This document shows positions 39,546 to 52,279 of a DNA stretch of 64,000 nt, one piece after another. Where the stretch lies: positions 131,936,001 to 132,000,000 of the forward strand of contig NC_042997.1 in the NCBI RefSeq assembly GCF_006345805.1. The letters are read 5' to 3'. Below the pieces are notes generated by a model that worked only from the letters and a program-made list of their open reading frames with translations, was not told the DNA's origin and ran no database searches. Positions within the stretch are counted from its first letter, which is position 1. Each line of letters starts with the position of its first letter. A program made the position numbers and the translations under genes. This DNA comes from Octopus sinensis (Eukaryota).

Positions 39546-39792
39546 TACTCTTTTACTCTCTCTTTTTTACTCTTTTATTTGTTTCAGTCATTTGACTGCG
39601 GCCGTGCTGGAGTACTACCTTTAGTCGAGCAAACTGACCCCAGGACTTATTCTTTGTAAGCCTAGTACTTATTCTATCAATCTCTTTTTGCCGAACCACT
39701 AAGTTACGGCGGACGTAAAAACACCACCATCGGTTGTTAAGCGATGTTGAAGGGGACAAACACAGACACACAAACACACACATATATATATA

Positions 39793-39830
<38 letters not shown>

Positions 39831-39986
39831 CATATATATACGATGGGATTCTTTTCAGTTTCCGTCTACCAAATCCACTCACAAGGCTTTGGTCCACCCG
39901 AGGCTATAGTGGAAGACATTTGCACAAGGTGCCATGCAGTGGGACTGAATCCAGAACCATGTGTTTGGTAAGCAAGCTACTTACCA
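39546..39986 (-). mobile_element. SINE family B, left arm of an inverted pair
   Basis: Near-full copy abutting an oppositely oriented copy. Confidence 0.85.
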
Positions 39987-40053
39987 CTAAAGCCTTGTAA
40001 GTGGATTTGGTAGATGGAAACTGAAAGAAGCCTGTCGTATATATGCATGTATG

Positions 40054-40150
<97 letters not shown>

Positions 40151-40378
40151 GTGTTTGTGTGTATGTTTGTGTGTCTATGTTTGTCCCCCCAACAACGCTT
40201 GACAACTGATGCTGGTGTGCTTGTATCCGCGTAACTTAGCGGTTCGGCAAAAGCGACCGATAGAATAAGTACTAGACTTACAAAGAATAAGTCCTGGGGT
40301 CGATTTGCTCGACTAAAGGCGGTGCTCCAGCATGGCCACAGTCAAATGACTGAAGCAAGTAAAAGAGAGTAAAAGAGA
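39987..40378 (+). mobile_element. SINE family B lacking its head, right arm of an inverted pair, with expanded internal (TG)n(TA)n
   Basis: Starts at taaagccttgtaagtggatttgg, ends gtaaaagagagtaaaagag. Confidence 0.85.
40064..40145. repeat. (TG)n(TA)n microsatellite inside a family-B SINE
   Basis: About 30 uninterrupted TA units after a TG run. Confidence 0.95.
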
Positions 40379-41684
40379 GGCAATATCTGTTATAAAAAAA
40401 CAAAAAACAAAACAACTTACAGTGGAACCTCAGTTTACGAATGCTTCTCATAAAAAGCAAATAGGTTCAAAAAATAGGTTTACAGGCAATTTTTTGAACA
40501 TAAAACATCTCGGGTGACAAATAATGCTTTGAGCAATGAGCTTGTAAGCTGGCAACAGTGGTTGGCAACAAGCTGAGAATTCTAGCAAGGGAGCGTCAGT
40601 TGCTGTCTAGCTTTTGCTCAAATTCGTCATGTCTTCTCTTACATTTCCTATGGGAAAAACAGTTTTGGTTTACAAGCATTTCAGGTGACAACCAACCTTC
40701 AGGAGCAAATTAAATTTGTAAACCAGGGTTACACTGTTTTTTTTTTTTTGTATTCTTACTGCTAGTTTCTTATTTTTTACTGTGAATTTCGAACGGCAGC
40801 AATCTAAATACAATCCCACTTTTAAATGATTTTTAAGTTTTTAAAAATCTTGATATTTTACTGATAACTTGAAAACACAAATAGACCATCAACTGGCACT
40901 TGTGCCGGTGGCATGTAAAAAGCACCCTTGTAAAGTTGGGCGATTTACTGTGCTTGAGAAGACCCATCAAGCCAAGTGAAATCGTAGTTGTGTCTGATGC
41001 CAGTTTCACATACCTGGCACCCATGCCAGTGGCACAGAAAAAGCACCTTTTGAACTTTGGGCCTTGTGGAGGCAGTGGCAAGTAACCGAGATCATTGGCA
41101 ATATAGATATTTGAGAAGACCTGTCAAACCAAGTGAGATTGTAGCCATGACAGATGCTGATGTTTCATAACTGGCACTCAAGCAGATGGCACGTGAAAGG
41201 CACCCACTACACTCTTGGAGTGGTTGGCATTAGGAAGGGCATTCAGCTGTAGAAACCATGCCAAATCAGATTGGAGCCTGGTGCAGCTCTCCAGATTAAC
41301 AGCCTCGGGCCAACTACGCCTGGCTAAATAATTTTAATAAACTAATGAAGATATTTGGTGTAATGAAGTATAGGGCCATATGAAATATTCAAAAGAGTCG
41401 ACCAATATTCCAGTGAGAACCACATGTATATGAGAGCCAAAAAGGATAGTAAGTGTGCTGGACACCTACAACAGCAATAAAAAGAAGGCTAAATGGAACA
41501 GCTGACGGAAGAAAGCTGTTTTTGATCAACATTTACCAAACAGCATAGTATATAGAAATGTACCATTTTCACAGAAATCATTAAACAATGCAGATTTAAG
41601 TTTATATAACAGTTGCTGGAGGACACAAACTTTGAGAAAAAATGTATTGGAGAGATGAAGGAGGACAGGGAAACATGGAGACTA

Positions 41685-41916
41685 CGGCAGCGAGCTGGCA
41701 GAAATGTTAGCACGACGGGCGAAGTGCTTAGCAGAATTTCGTCTGTCTTTACGTTCTGAGTTCGAATTCCGCCGAGGTCGACTTTGTCTTTCATCCTTTT
41801 GGGGTCGATAAATTAAGTACCAGTTACGCACTGGGTTTGATGTAAACGGCTTAATCCCTTCGTCTGTCCTTGTTTGTCCCCTTTATGTTTAGCCCCTTGT
41901 GGGCAATAAAGAAATA
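41685..41916 (+). mobile_element. SINE family A, full length, 16-bp TSD
   Basis: B box gagttcgaattcc. TSD ggaaacatggagacta at 41669-41684 and 41917-41932. Confidence 0.92.
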
Positions 41917-43595
41917 GGAAACATGGAGACTAGTTAACGGGATATAAGTGTGTTCAACATGATATGATAATAATGAAGCTCTAGTGGTTTCTGAAGGTGA
42001 CAGAAACAGCAGTTAAATTCCACTCACAACACACTATACTGAGCAAAGTAGCCCAAGGTACACCATGCTTGAAAAAGACAAGAAAGTCATTACTAGAATG
42101 TCATTAATCATATTTCAGTCAGAGCTGACTTGGGGCTAAACAAAAACAAATTTATGAACCAATTAGGGAGCCTCTGCATACTGCTTAACTGCCGTTCAAG
42201 AATTTGGACCTAGAGATCTCCATTTCCAGCGACTTTGAGGGCCACCTCCCAGTGGTGTCGGGCGTCAAGGAAGAGCCCTCGACTACAAGAAGACAACCAA
42301 ATTTTTTTTCCAAGGTCTGGGGTCTCCTGCCCCTAAGCCCTAGACCATCACCTAATCACCCTTACCCATCTTGTTGCTTAACAACAACAACTACTGCTTA
42401 ACCTGCTAGAAACAAAACCCAAATTTCTCTCTAAACTACATCCAACCATGCCTTTTATTCTAAAATCATCTCAATGAAGGACTGACCCAAGGCTTGCCAG
42501 TTGCAAACTTTAAAATGAGTGACATTATCTTGCACTCTAGTATCTTAATGAATGTGACACCTACACTTCTCTTACCTCTCTCTGAAAGCAATGTGTTAGT
42601 TCTGAACTTCATTATTTTATTATAATTATTTACCAATGACAGCTGACAGCAATAAAAGAAAATAACATGAATCTAAATTAAATGTAGTCTTTCATTATCA
42701 TAAAGAGTGAAATATTGATCAGTAAGTCTAAATACTGTGGAAGCTAGTTATGGAAAACAGCTGTTATTTAATTGCTGAATTATAGATTATTACTGGAAAT
42801 AAACAATCCAATAACAATGAACTGAGAGAAATTATGATATATACACAAGTAAAAAATATACTGATGTTGTTAATGGAAACTGAAAGTGACAAAAGGAACT
42901 GGTGGCTTCAAAAGAGGACTAATACTACTGGTCTCAAATTTAGGGACAAGGCTAGTAAATTTTAAGGGAAGAAAATGGATACAGAACCAGAACTAGACTG
43001 GTACTTTGCTTTTCATCCTTATGGAGTCATTAAAATAAAGTTGACCTAGGCAGGATTTGAACTCAGAATACAATAGATCAAAACAAACACTGTAAAGCAT
43101 TTTTTCTGACACTAACAATACTACCAACTTAACACCTTAATGATACTAATGATATCATCTGACCCATGCAAGCATGAAAAAGTGGTCGTTAAAACAATGT
43201 TAACGCACACACACACAATTTAGCATATGGTATTTTTTGCTGCAATTAATGGCAACTTCCAGCTGACGGGGCTTTTGTATTGCATCCCTGGTTGAGCAAA
43301 CCTATAAAGTATATCTTGGACTAAATTGACCAACGTGTTCTTCCTTAAGAGGGTGATGACAGAGTGATTTATGGAAAATTCAGCTGCTATTTTTAGTAGG
43401 ATGAGTGACTGTCGACTTGTTCATCAATTGATAAAATAGCATTGCTTAATTTTACATCATGGAATGATATATAAACATTAATAAATTGACTTGAAGCATT
43501 TCCCATGCTGGAAGACTGGAGTAGCTTTCCAGTACGCCAGCCCAGTCAAACTGTCCAACCCATGCCAGCATGGACAACAGACATTAAATGATGAT

Positions 43596-43956
43596 CAACA
43601 AATCACCTCCCTCCAACAAGTCATTCTAACGAGATGTCTGCATTGGCTGGGTCATGCTCTCCGTCATCAACCAGGAGAATTCATCTACAAAGCAATTGCC
43701 CCAGCTTCCTTTCAGGGTTGGTGAAAGTGATGTGGTGGACAACGAAAAACTGGCTGATGACAGTCAAGGCTGATCTGGAACCCAACCTAGGCCCCCATAT
43801 CTACGGCATTCGCTGCTGGAATAAGGAGTGGTTGGAGATCTCGCTGTCATTAGCCTCAAATCGCCAGGTCTGGTTGGCGTTTGTGAGAGATACAGCATTG
43901 AGGATGAATGAAGCCAGCTCAACCACCCCGGGTGAATGCTGTCTCAAGACAAGAAA
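43596..43956 (+). mobile_element. RTE-clade LINE ORF2 C-terminus (second lineage), 5'-truncated
   Basis: QQITSLQQVILTRCLHWLGHALRHQPG...GW*K*CGGQRKTWLMTVKADLEPNLGPHIYGIRCWNKEW..LASNRQVWLAFVRD contains the RLRWLGH and GGQRKTW motifs of RTE ORF2 ends. Confidence 0.85.
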
Positions 43957-45899
43957 TGATGATGATGATGATGAAACTAAGTAGAATTTTCCTAAACTTC
44001 ATTTGTTGATTAACTTCAGTAAGTTTTACCGGAACAGCATATGAGATAGCTAAACACATGTATGTTCGAAAGCTACACAAAAAGTACAGTATCTTAAATC
44101 TGTGATGCTTTGTACAAAATTCTGGATCTTCAGTCAATAAATGACTATCGGGTATAATATTGTCCCTCTGGACATTGGCCTCAGTACAAATACAAGAAGA
44201 ATACTACTTAATAGTAAATAACTTTTCTGAGTGGATTTTTTTTTTTCCTTTTTTTCTTTTCTTTCTTTTTTTTTTGGCTTTGTGTCAGTTAATGACTATA
44301 AACATTATGAAACTAAGTTTCAAAAGAATTAACACAAAGCTAATTGGTCATCTGAAATGACCCATGATAATGCATAATTAATGGGTGGTTTCAGATTGCA
44401 CTGTGTTGTTTTACATTATCCACTTTTACATTTGTAGGTATTCAAAGCTAGATTTGTAAATTTTCTCTAACTAGTCTTTGATTTTCATTGAATTCAAACA
44501 AGAATTTAGTGCATTTGCCAAGGACACAACCAATACGAACACAGTACTAATTACTGATAGACAAACCTGTTTCTTCAGATACTAACTTACAAAGTAGAAA
44601 ATTAACAGTGTGGTTCACTATAATTTACACTATCATTTACAAAGGTATAGCTGAGATAAAGGAAGAGTCATTTTAAACTATTTAAGAACACACAAAAATT
44701 GTTACATTTACTTTTCATTTATATTTTCATAGTGCGTAGGAGTACTTAGGTGACTTATAGGCATAGGAATGGCTGTGTGGTAAGTAGCTTGCTTACCAAC
44801 CACATGGTTCTGGGTTCAGTCCCACTGCGTGGCACCTTGAGCAAGTGTCTTCTACTATAGCCTCGGGCCGACCAAAGCCTTGTGAGTGGATTTGGTAGAC
44901 GGAAATTGAAAGAAGCCTGTCGTATGTATATATATATATATATATATGCGCGTGCGTGCGTGCGTGTGTGTATGTATGTTTATACATCTGTGTTTGTCCC
45001 CCCCAACATTGCTTGACAACCAATGCTGGTGCGTTTTTATAAACATTGAAAATGCTTTATCATCATCATCACCATTTAACATCCATTTTCCATGCTGGCA
45101 TGGGTGGGATGGTTTGACAGGAGCTGACAAGCCAGCATAAAGCTCTAGTGTCTGCTTTGGAATGGTTTCTACAGTTGCCCTTCCTAATTCCAAACACTTT
45201 ACAGAGAGGGCTGGGTGCTCTTTACTAGGCACCACTACTACTGAAGTCACCAAGTAACTTGAAAGACAAAACCCCTTCAACTGAAGAAGATGTAGTACTG
45301 CTGTAGATGGTTTTTATGCCAAGTGTTGAGAGAGAGGCAGGAACAGGTGTCTTGCAGTTGAGGAGATACAGGGCTAAACTAGGTTTGTTTTTTCTTTCTG
45401 TTCTTTTTCCTTCTTTTCAACATCATCTTCATCATTTAACGTCCACTTTCCATGCTAGCATGGGTTGGACAATTTGACTGAGGACTGGCAAACCAGATGG
45501 CTGCACCAAGCTTCAATCTTGATCTGGCAGAGTTTCTACAGCTGGATGCCCTTCCTAACGCCAAGCACTCCAAGAGTATAGTGGGTGCTTTTACATGCCA
45601 CCGGCATGAGGGCCAGTCAGACAGTACTGGCAACAGCCACGGAAAAAATGGTTTTTTTTTTTTTTACATGTCACCTGCACAAGTGCCACTAAGGCGACGC
45701 TGGTAACGATCATGCTCGAAAGGTGCTTTTTATGTGCCACCTGCACATACGCCAGTTAGCCACTCTTGTTTATTCTTTTTCTTAATTTGAAGTTTGCTTA
45801 AAAAGAACTGGACAATTAAAACAGCATGTTGACTAGCTGGCATAGCATACACGCAGCAACTACAATGTTGTGTATTTAGGACGTTGACCTTCAGTCTCA

Positions 45900-47295
45900 T
45901 AACAGCTACATCAAGACATGTCAGTTAGTCATCAATTTACATATGCTAGAGTGAATGAATGTTTATTGCACTTGCAGATTTGCAGCAAGTTGAACAATGA
46001 AGCATTTGGAAAAGTGACAGATTTGTGCGAAATTCTGTTTCAAATTGGGAAAATTTTTACAGAGGAATTTCTAATGTTGTAACATGTCTATGGCGGGAAA
46101 AGAATCATTATCATCATCATCATCATTTAACGTCCGTTTTCCATGCTAGCATGGGTTGGATGGTTAGACCGGGGTCTGGGAAGCCAGGAGGCTGGACTAG
46201 GCTCCAATCTGATCCGGCAGTGTTTCTACAGCTGGATGCCCTTCCTAACGCCAACTACTCCGTGAGTGTAGTGGGTGTCTTTTACATGCCACCGGCACAG
46301 GGGCCAGAGGAGGCTTCCAAACGGCCACGATCGGTTGGTGCTTTTTACATGTCACCAGCACGGGTATCTTAACTGCAATTTCCATTTGATTTTTATTTTA
46401 ATGTTGACGTACTTACTCAATAGGTCTCCTCAAGAACAGCAGGTCACTCTACAATCCAAGGCTGTCCTGCGAGCCATGAATGCTTGAGTTATATGCAATG
46501 TCATGAGTGGAACCAGCATTTCAAATTAGGAAGAGCATCAACTTGGACAACCCAAAATCTGAATGAAATTTCAGGAGAATGGACAATGATCACCTTGCTT
46601 AAGTATGTGCTGTCATTTGTGAAAACTGTCACTAAATGTTTTAAGAAGTATGCATCTGTATAAGCTTATTCCACATGATTTTAAACGGAAAACAAAGATG
46701 CATTGCAATGCTGCAAAATTTGCATTGCGTCAACTGAAAAATTAACAAAAGGGGTACCCAGTCAGTGTGATTTAGTTCTGATTGTTCAAAAGCTGATGAA
46801 AACTTTCTGTAAAGTGTCATAACAGGTGAAAAGACGTGAATTTATGTTGCCACAAAAAAAAAAAAAAAAGCAATCATTGCAATAGGTTGGATCATTATCA
46901 CTATGACCAAATGAAGTTATGTCAGAATTGCTTGAACACAAAGGTGATGTTGATTTTGAATGAACAGGCATTATTCATCATGTATTTGTTCTGTGTGGTC
47001 AAGTAATCAATAAAGAATTTTACTAGCTGTCTTGAGCCATTTGAAAAGTGCAAAGGAAGGGGTCTGAGGTATGAACAAAGAAAGCCTAAATGCTGCACCA
47101 TGACAACATGACTACTCATGCATCACTCCTCATCCGTAACTTTTTGGCCCTACTCTCAGGATATGGGTCCTGCAAACATTTTATATTTTTTGTTCCCAAA
47201 ACTGAAATCCACTCTGGAAGTTTGCCAATTTCAGACAACACAAGAAATCAAAGAAACTTTGCTACAAAAACAGTGCACTACCACTGAAGATACAT
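45900..47295 (+). mobile_element. Second decayed mariner transposon (different subfamily), interrupted by an RTE 3' end at about 46105-46475
   Basis: Fragments KFCFKLGK, QCHEWNQHFKLGR, DENFL*SVITGEKT*IY, GIIHHVFVLCGQVINKEFY, MLHHDNMTTHASLLIRNFLA and FLFPKLKSTLEVCQFQTTQEIKE are collinear with a mariner DD34D transposase. Confidence 0.88.
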
Positions 47296-48216
47296 TCTCA
47301 TCATCATCATCATCGTCGTCATCATCATCATTTAACATTAGCTTTCCATACTAGCATGGGTTGGACAGTTTGACTGAGGGCTGGCAAGCCAGAAGGCTGT
47401 ACCGAGTTCCAATCTGACCAAGCTAAGTTTCTACAGCTGGATGCTCTTCCTAATACCAACCACTCCAACTAGTGGGTGCTTTTGACATGTCACCAGCATG
47501 AGGGCCAGTCAGGCAGTACTGGCATCAACCATGCTTGAATGGTGCCTTTCACGTGCCACTGGCACAAGACCAGTCAGCCAGCACTGAGATCGACCACGCT
47601 CGAATGATGCTTTTTATGTGCCACCAGCACAGGAGCCAGTCAGTGAAATTATTATAGTTCTGTCTTTGAGGATGACAGGACAGGCATCAGCCATAGAAAA
47701 TCTACCTCAATGAATTATGTCCAACCTAAGCAAGCATGGAGAAGTTGATGTTAAAACAACAATGATGATGCATCAATGTTTGGCACAAGTTCTACAGCTG
47801 AATGCCCTTCCAAACACCAACTCCTATATACAATGTCCTGGATATCTTTTGCCATGATACAAAACACGAAAAAGATTGTTATACCTTTGGCCAAAGTAAA
47901 GGGTCATCTTGACCCCATACTTTGCATACAGAGGGTACTGTGCTTTACATATTAAACATACACACACACCAACAAATATTATCCAGTGGGTTGGTGTATA
48001 ATTTCCGTCTAATAAATTTCCCTCATGAAGCTTTATCTGAGCCAAGGCTATGGTAGTAGAAGGTTTAAGGTATCATGCAGTGGGACTGAACCTGGAACTA
48101 AGTGGTCATGAAGCACAAGCTACTCAAGCACGCAACCATACTGTAGCCACCGTTTTCTAAGTATTCACATGTGATATTTATTTCAGGACAACAATCTCAA
48201 TCTAGTTTTATCAGTT

Positions 48217-48604
48217 ACTAGCAGTATAGCCCGGCATTGCTCGGGTTTGTTTCGACCCTTTAGAATTGGAATTTTTTAAAAGTAAAAATTTTGCATTATG
48301 TAGCTTATTCTCTTTAAGTGAACATTTTTCTGGTTGAAATACACCGAAAAATGGCAACACAGCAGTCAAAAAATCGTAAAAAATTAGGGATTTTCATAGA
48401 AAAAAAAGCACCTTTTTGATGTAAATAATTTTTGGTGTTAACATGGTCCGATTTGAATTTTTTCTTCTACGGAAGGAAGAGCAAGCCTTCTATCATACTC
48501 TCAATTTTGGTCAACTTGCACCACAGGGTCTCAGAGGAGATAGTGTTAGTTGAAGGCTACCAAAACTGCCATACACAGACAACTTCAGCTTTATATATAT
48601 ATAG
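48217..48604 (+). mobile_element. Helitron/Helentron-like element, same termini, different interior
   Basis: t|ACTAGCagtatagcccggcattgctcggg ... catacacagacaacttcagctttatatatatatag. Confidence 0.7.
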
Positions 48605-49627
48605 GGCAACAATTAGGAAGTTTTTGTGTCATCACATTGCTTGCTAGAAATGACCACCCATATTTGTTTCAAAACATAATTTAGTGTCTTAAAACAAATG
48701 ACACATTGCAAAATATACTTCTCCAGCGAGAAGACAGAATGCTTTTAATCATCGGTCTGCCAAATTAGTGTTGACCGACAACAAACATGAAATATGCTAA
48801 CGAGTGAGCATCAGTATAGCCACCTAAGCTACTAGAAACAGCAACCAAATCTACTTCAAATTACATCATCTTATCTCATATAAAGGCAATTAAATAGAAT
48901 AGGCCTACATATACCACCCACCCAGAAATCATCATGTTGAAACACATTTGATCATAGGTCGGCTGAATCATGGCCAACCAACAACACAAAATATTACAAC
49001 ATATGGCATAGCATATCATTTTAAATATGATTGGTCAATATTTTCTAATTAAAATTTTATTTTCTAATCATCCAAAATTGTACTACCTTAGGCAAAATTG
49101 GGTGTGTTTATATATATAAACTCTTAGATAATCAGTTATTTAATATGTGATTGTTTATTTAACCAGGTCATATAGCAGATAAATATTTTATGTTATCTAT
49201 TATTTTCTAAGTTATCTATACAATCCCTGCTGTTGATCTCTTTTGCTTGTTCCATATCTACAATCTAACAAAAACTAGCCTTCCTCTTTAGAGCCAGAAA
49301 ATGCTTCACCTCTCAACAGCGATTGACACCCTACAAAACGAGATCATGGATGGAATACTAATCCTACTTATGGGTTGGTGCTGTTGCTATATATATATGA
49401 ACAGCCTAGGCCACATGCAAAAAAGGACACCCATCTCTCACTCTACCTTGAGTTTTTGCTATAGAGTTGTTTACCAACACACTCCAGCAGATGTCCAACA
49501 GATGTATTGACACATCATATCTCTCTAACACTCACCATCTCTCCCATTCATAGCATGCTGCCACTATAACTATGAATGGCATTGGACCTGTTCATATTCA
49601 ACTGCTACCAGCACTTCATATTTTATT

Positions 49628-49658
<31 letters not shown>

Positions 49659-49979
49659 AGGAGTGGCTGTATGGTAAGTAGCTTGCTTACCAACCACATG
49701 GTTCTAGGTTCACTCCCACTGTGTGGCACCTTAGGCAAGCGTCTTCTACCATAGCCTCGGGCCGACCAAAGCTTTGTGAGTGGATTTGGTAGACGGAAAC
49801 TGAAAGAAGCTTGTCGTATATATGTATATATATGTGTGCGTGTGTGTGTTTACATTTTAGTACTTGGATTGATTTAGGTGCTCTGTGTTCAAGAGATCAA
49901 TAAAACCTGTACCAGACCAAGCACTAGGGTTGACAAAAGTACAAAAGACAAATTTTAAATGTAAACTAATTGTACTTAC

Positions 49980-50246
49980 TTGGATTGGTTAAACCTTTTC
50001 GGATAGATTCCACCCATATTTGGCAAGTTGTGCTGTCTCTACAGCGAAATGTTACTTTACGTTCGCGCCACTTATGATGACCAATTCTACGGATGTGAAA
50101 CACCGAAAATACATGGGGCTTAAGGGTTTGCATTTCCACAAAAAGGGTACTCGAATCCTTTGATGAAAACCCATTGCTACTGCTGTCATATTTTTCTGTT
50201 GTTACTCCGATTACTTCATTCAGTTCAATTGTATATCGGTTCTGGG
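49980..50246 (-). CDS. CERK: Ceramide kinase, most 5' exon found (PH domain, 267 nt, phase 1 to 1)
   Basis: Translates as QNRYTIELNEVIGVTTEK...KPHVFSVFHIRRIGHHKWRERKVTFRCRDSTTCQIWVESIRKGLTNP, resembling the CERK PH segment (human KPYAFTVHCVKRARRHRWKWAQVTFWCPEEQLCHLWLQTLR, from memory). Acceptor ttttttaatttcag|CC, donor CCAA|gtaagt; joins the next exon in frame (AAA Lys). Confidence 0.93.
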
Positions 50247-50439
50247 CTGAAATTAAAAAACAAACACAAATAAAAATTATAAGCTTTCTAAACAAAACAA
50301 CAGCATGAAGGATGAATCAGTACAGATAACTTGTAATATTTGGCCCAACCCCTTTACTTTATGTTCTAAATTCCATCTCATCCACCTTGAAATCAACTTC
50401 ATCTATCAGCCTTCTGAAACTGATGGGTTACAGTACAAT

Positions 50440-51022
50440 CATCGTCATTGGTTTAATGTCCACTTTTCTGTGCTTGCATGGGTCAGATAGAATTTACTGA
50501 GGCAGATTTCTCCACAGCCCAGATGTCATTTTTGTCATTAGCCTTCACTTGTCTCTAAGTGAGGGAATATTTCTATATAGTCAGACATGTTCCAGCAGAA
50601 TACAGGAAATGAATGACATCCATTGACAGCAATCACATGATATTAGAACAAGGAGACACATACATACAATATACAAACACTTCATGCATACAATACACAC
50701 ACAAAACATACAAACAATACAAACAACACAACCAAACACAATACATACACACACACATGCATACATATACACACATGCATACATATACACACACATACAT
50801 ACACACACACATACACACACATACATACATATACATCCATTTACATAGACATACATACACATGATAGGCTTCTTTCAAATTTTGTCAACCAAATCCACTC
50901 ACAAGGTTTTGGTCAGCTTGAGGCTATAGCCAAAGACAGTTATCCAAAGTGTCACACAGTGGGACTGAACCCAAAACTATGTGGTTGGGAAGCAAACTTC
51001 TTAACCACACAGCCATGCCTGC
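50440..51022 (-). mobile_element. SINE with family-B head, about 220-bp CA-rich internal tract and an RTE-type tail
   Basis: B head at 50870-51020, CA/TA tract at 50645-50862, tail cttttctgtgcttgcatgggtcagat... Same layout at about 25205-25740 (-), 36790-37205 (+), 54440-54860 (+) and 27425-27810 (-). Confidence 0.7.
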
Positions 51023-51538
51023 ACCAATCAATGCATCAAAAAAGTAAAAAAAACCCTTGGTATTTGGTTATGTCCCTTTATATTCTACTGATATCTCTTA
51101 TGCCCAGATTGCCATTGCTTTTCGATGTAATGTGTTGATAACATGAGTCCCAATCAAGTACTAGGAGTCAACATAATCAACTATAGACTTGAAAGCAGTG
51201 CCCCACCTTGGCTACAGACCAATGGCTGAAACTAGTAAAAGAATTAAAAGCAATAAATATATAAATAAGAAATTAAACAAATATGACAAAAACTCGCACA
51301 AATGACGTTTCTTATTTAATTATTTACATTCCACGCACCCCTGAATGGGAGAGGCTTATGCAAATTTTAATATTTACATTTCAATTGTTGGCTGCAGGCC
51401 AGTCTTACCTTTTGCTAACAAATACAAGCAAGCAATTTTCTCTTTACAAGATCGCTCGATCAGCTAGAAATAGCAGCCAAACCTCACTCAAATCATACAG
51501 ACCATCCGACTATTGCCAGCTTGGAAAACAGACATTAA

Positions 51539-51685
51539 CCCTTTCGTTACTGTATTTATTTTGAGATGCTCTATGTTACTTTAAATATAACAAGGAAGTT
51601 AGTAAAATAGCTTAGTTATCATTAAGCTAGTATTAGGAACATAAGTTGTGACTAAATGGTTTCAGCCGGGTTGGTAACGAAAGGG
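51539..51685. mobile_element. piggyBac-type MITE family 1, internally deleted, opposite orientation
   Basis: Perfect TIRs TTAA|CCCTTTCGTTAC ... GTAACGAAAGGG|TTAA. Confidence 0.88.
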
Positions 51686-52048
51686 TTAAATGATATGATG
51701 ATGATGATGATTTACTTGAACCAGGGTTGATGTGGAGCTTTAAACAACCAGACAGATATAATTTGAGGGAGATACTAGTTTGAGTGGCAAGGGTGTCTAC
51801 CTACATTGCTAGCTCATGATTCCCTGACTTGTTTCTAAATAGGACATGGAATCTTACATTGCTTCACATCACTTAGTTACACAGCAGCAGGTTTTGCTTT
51901 TCTTTTTAAATATATTTTTTCTATTTTCTCTTTTTTAAAAAAAAAAAAAATTAGTTGAACGTGGAAAGGCAATGTTTGAGGTTCTACAAGCATATCAGTA
52001 TGACATTGTCTGTATTAGGGGGAAAGAATCTCAGAGGATTACAATTCT

Positions 52049-52279
52049 TATTTCTTTATTGCCCACAAGGAGCTAAACATAGAGGGGACAAACAAGGACA
52101 GACAAACGGATTAAGTCAATTACATCAGCCCCAGTGCATAACTGGTACTTATTTAATCGACCCCAAAAGGATGAAAGGCTAAGTCAACCTCGGCAGAATT
52201 TGAACTCAGAACATAACGGCAGACGAAATGCCGCTAAGCATTTCGTCCAGCGCACTAACGTTTCTGCCAGCTTGCCGCC
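52049..52279 (-). mobile_element. SINE family A, full length, 11-bp TSD
   Basis: Same sequence on the minus strand. TSD attacaattct at 52038-52048 and 52285-52295. Confidence 0.88.

Noticed and set aside
39734-40234. ORF-track peptides rich in YI, CV or HT, and the many recurring SINE-derived ORFs
   Set aside because: These are translations of dinucleotide repeats and SINE or LINE-UTR sequence, not genes.
45900-47295. Domesticated (SETMAR-like) transposase exon
   Set aside because: Both mariner relics are riddled with stops, frameshifts and nested insertions.
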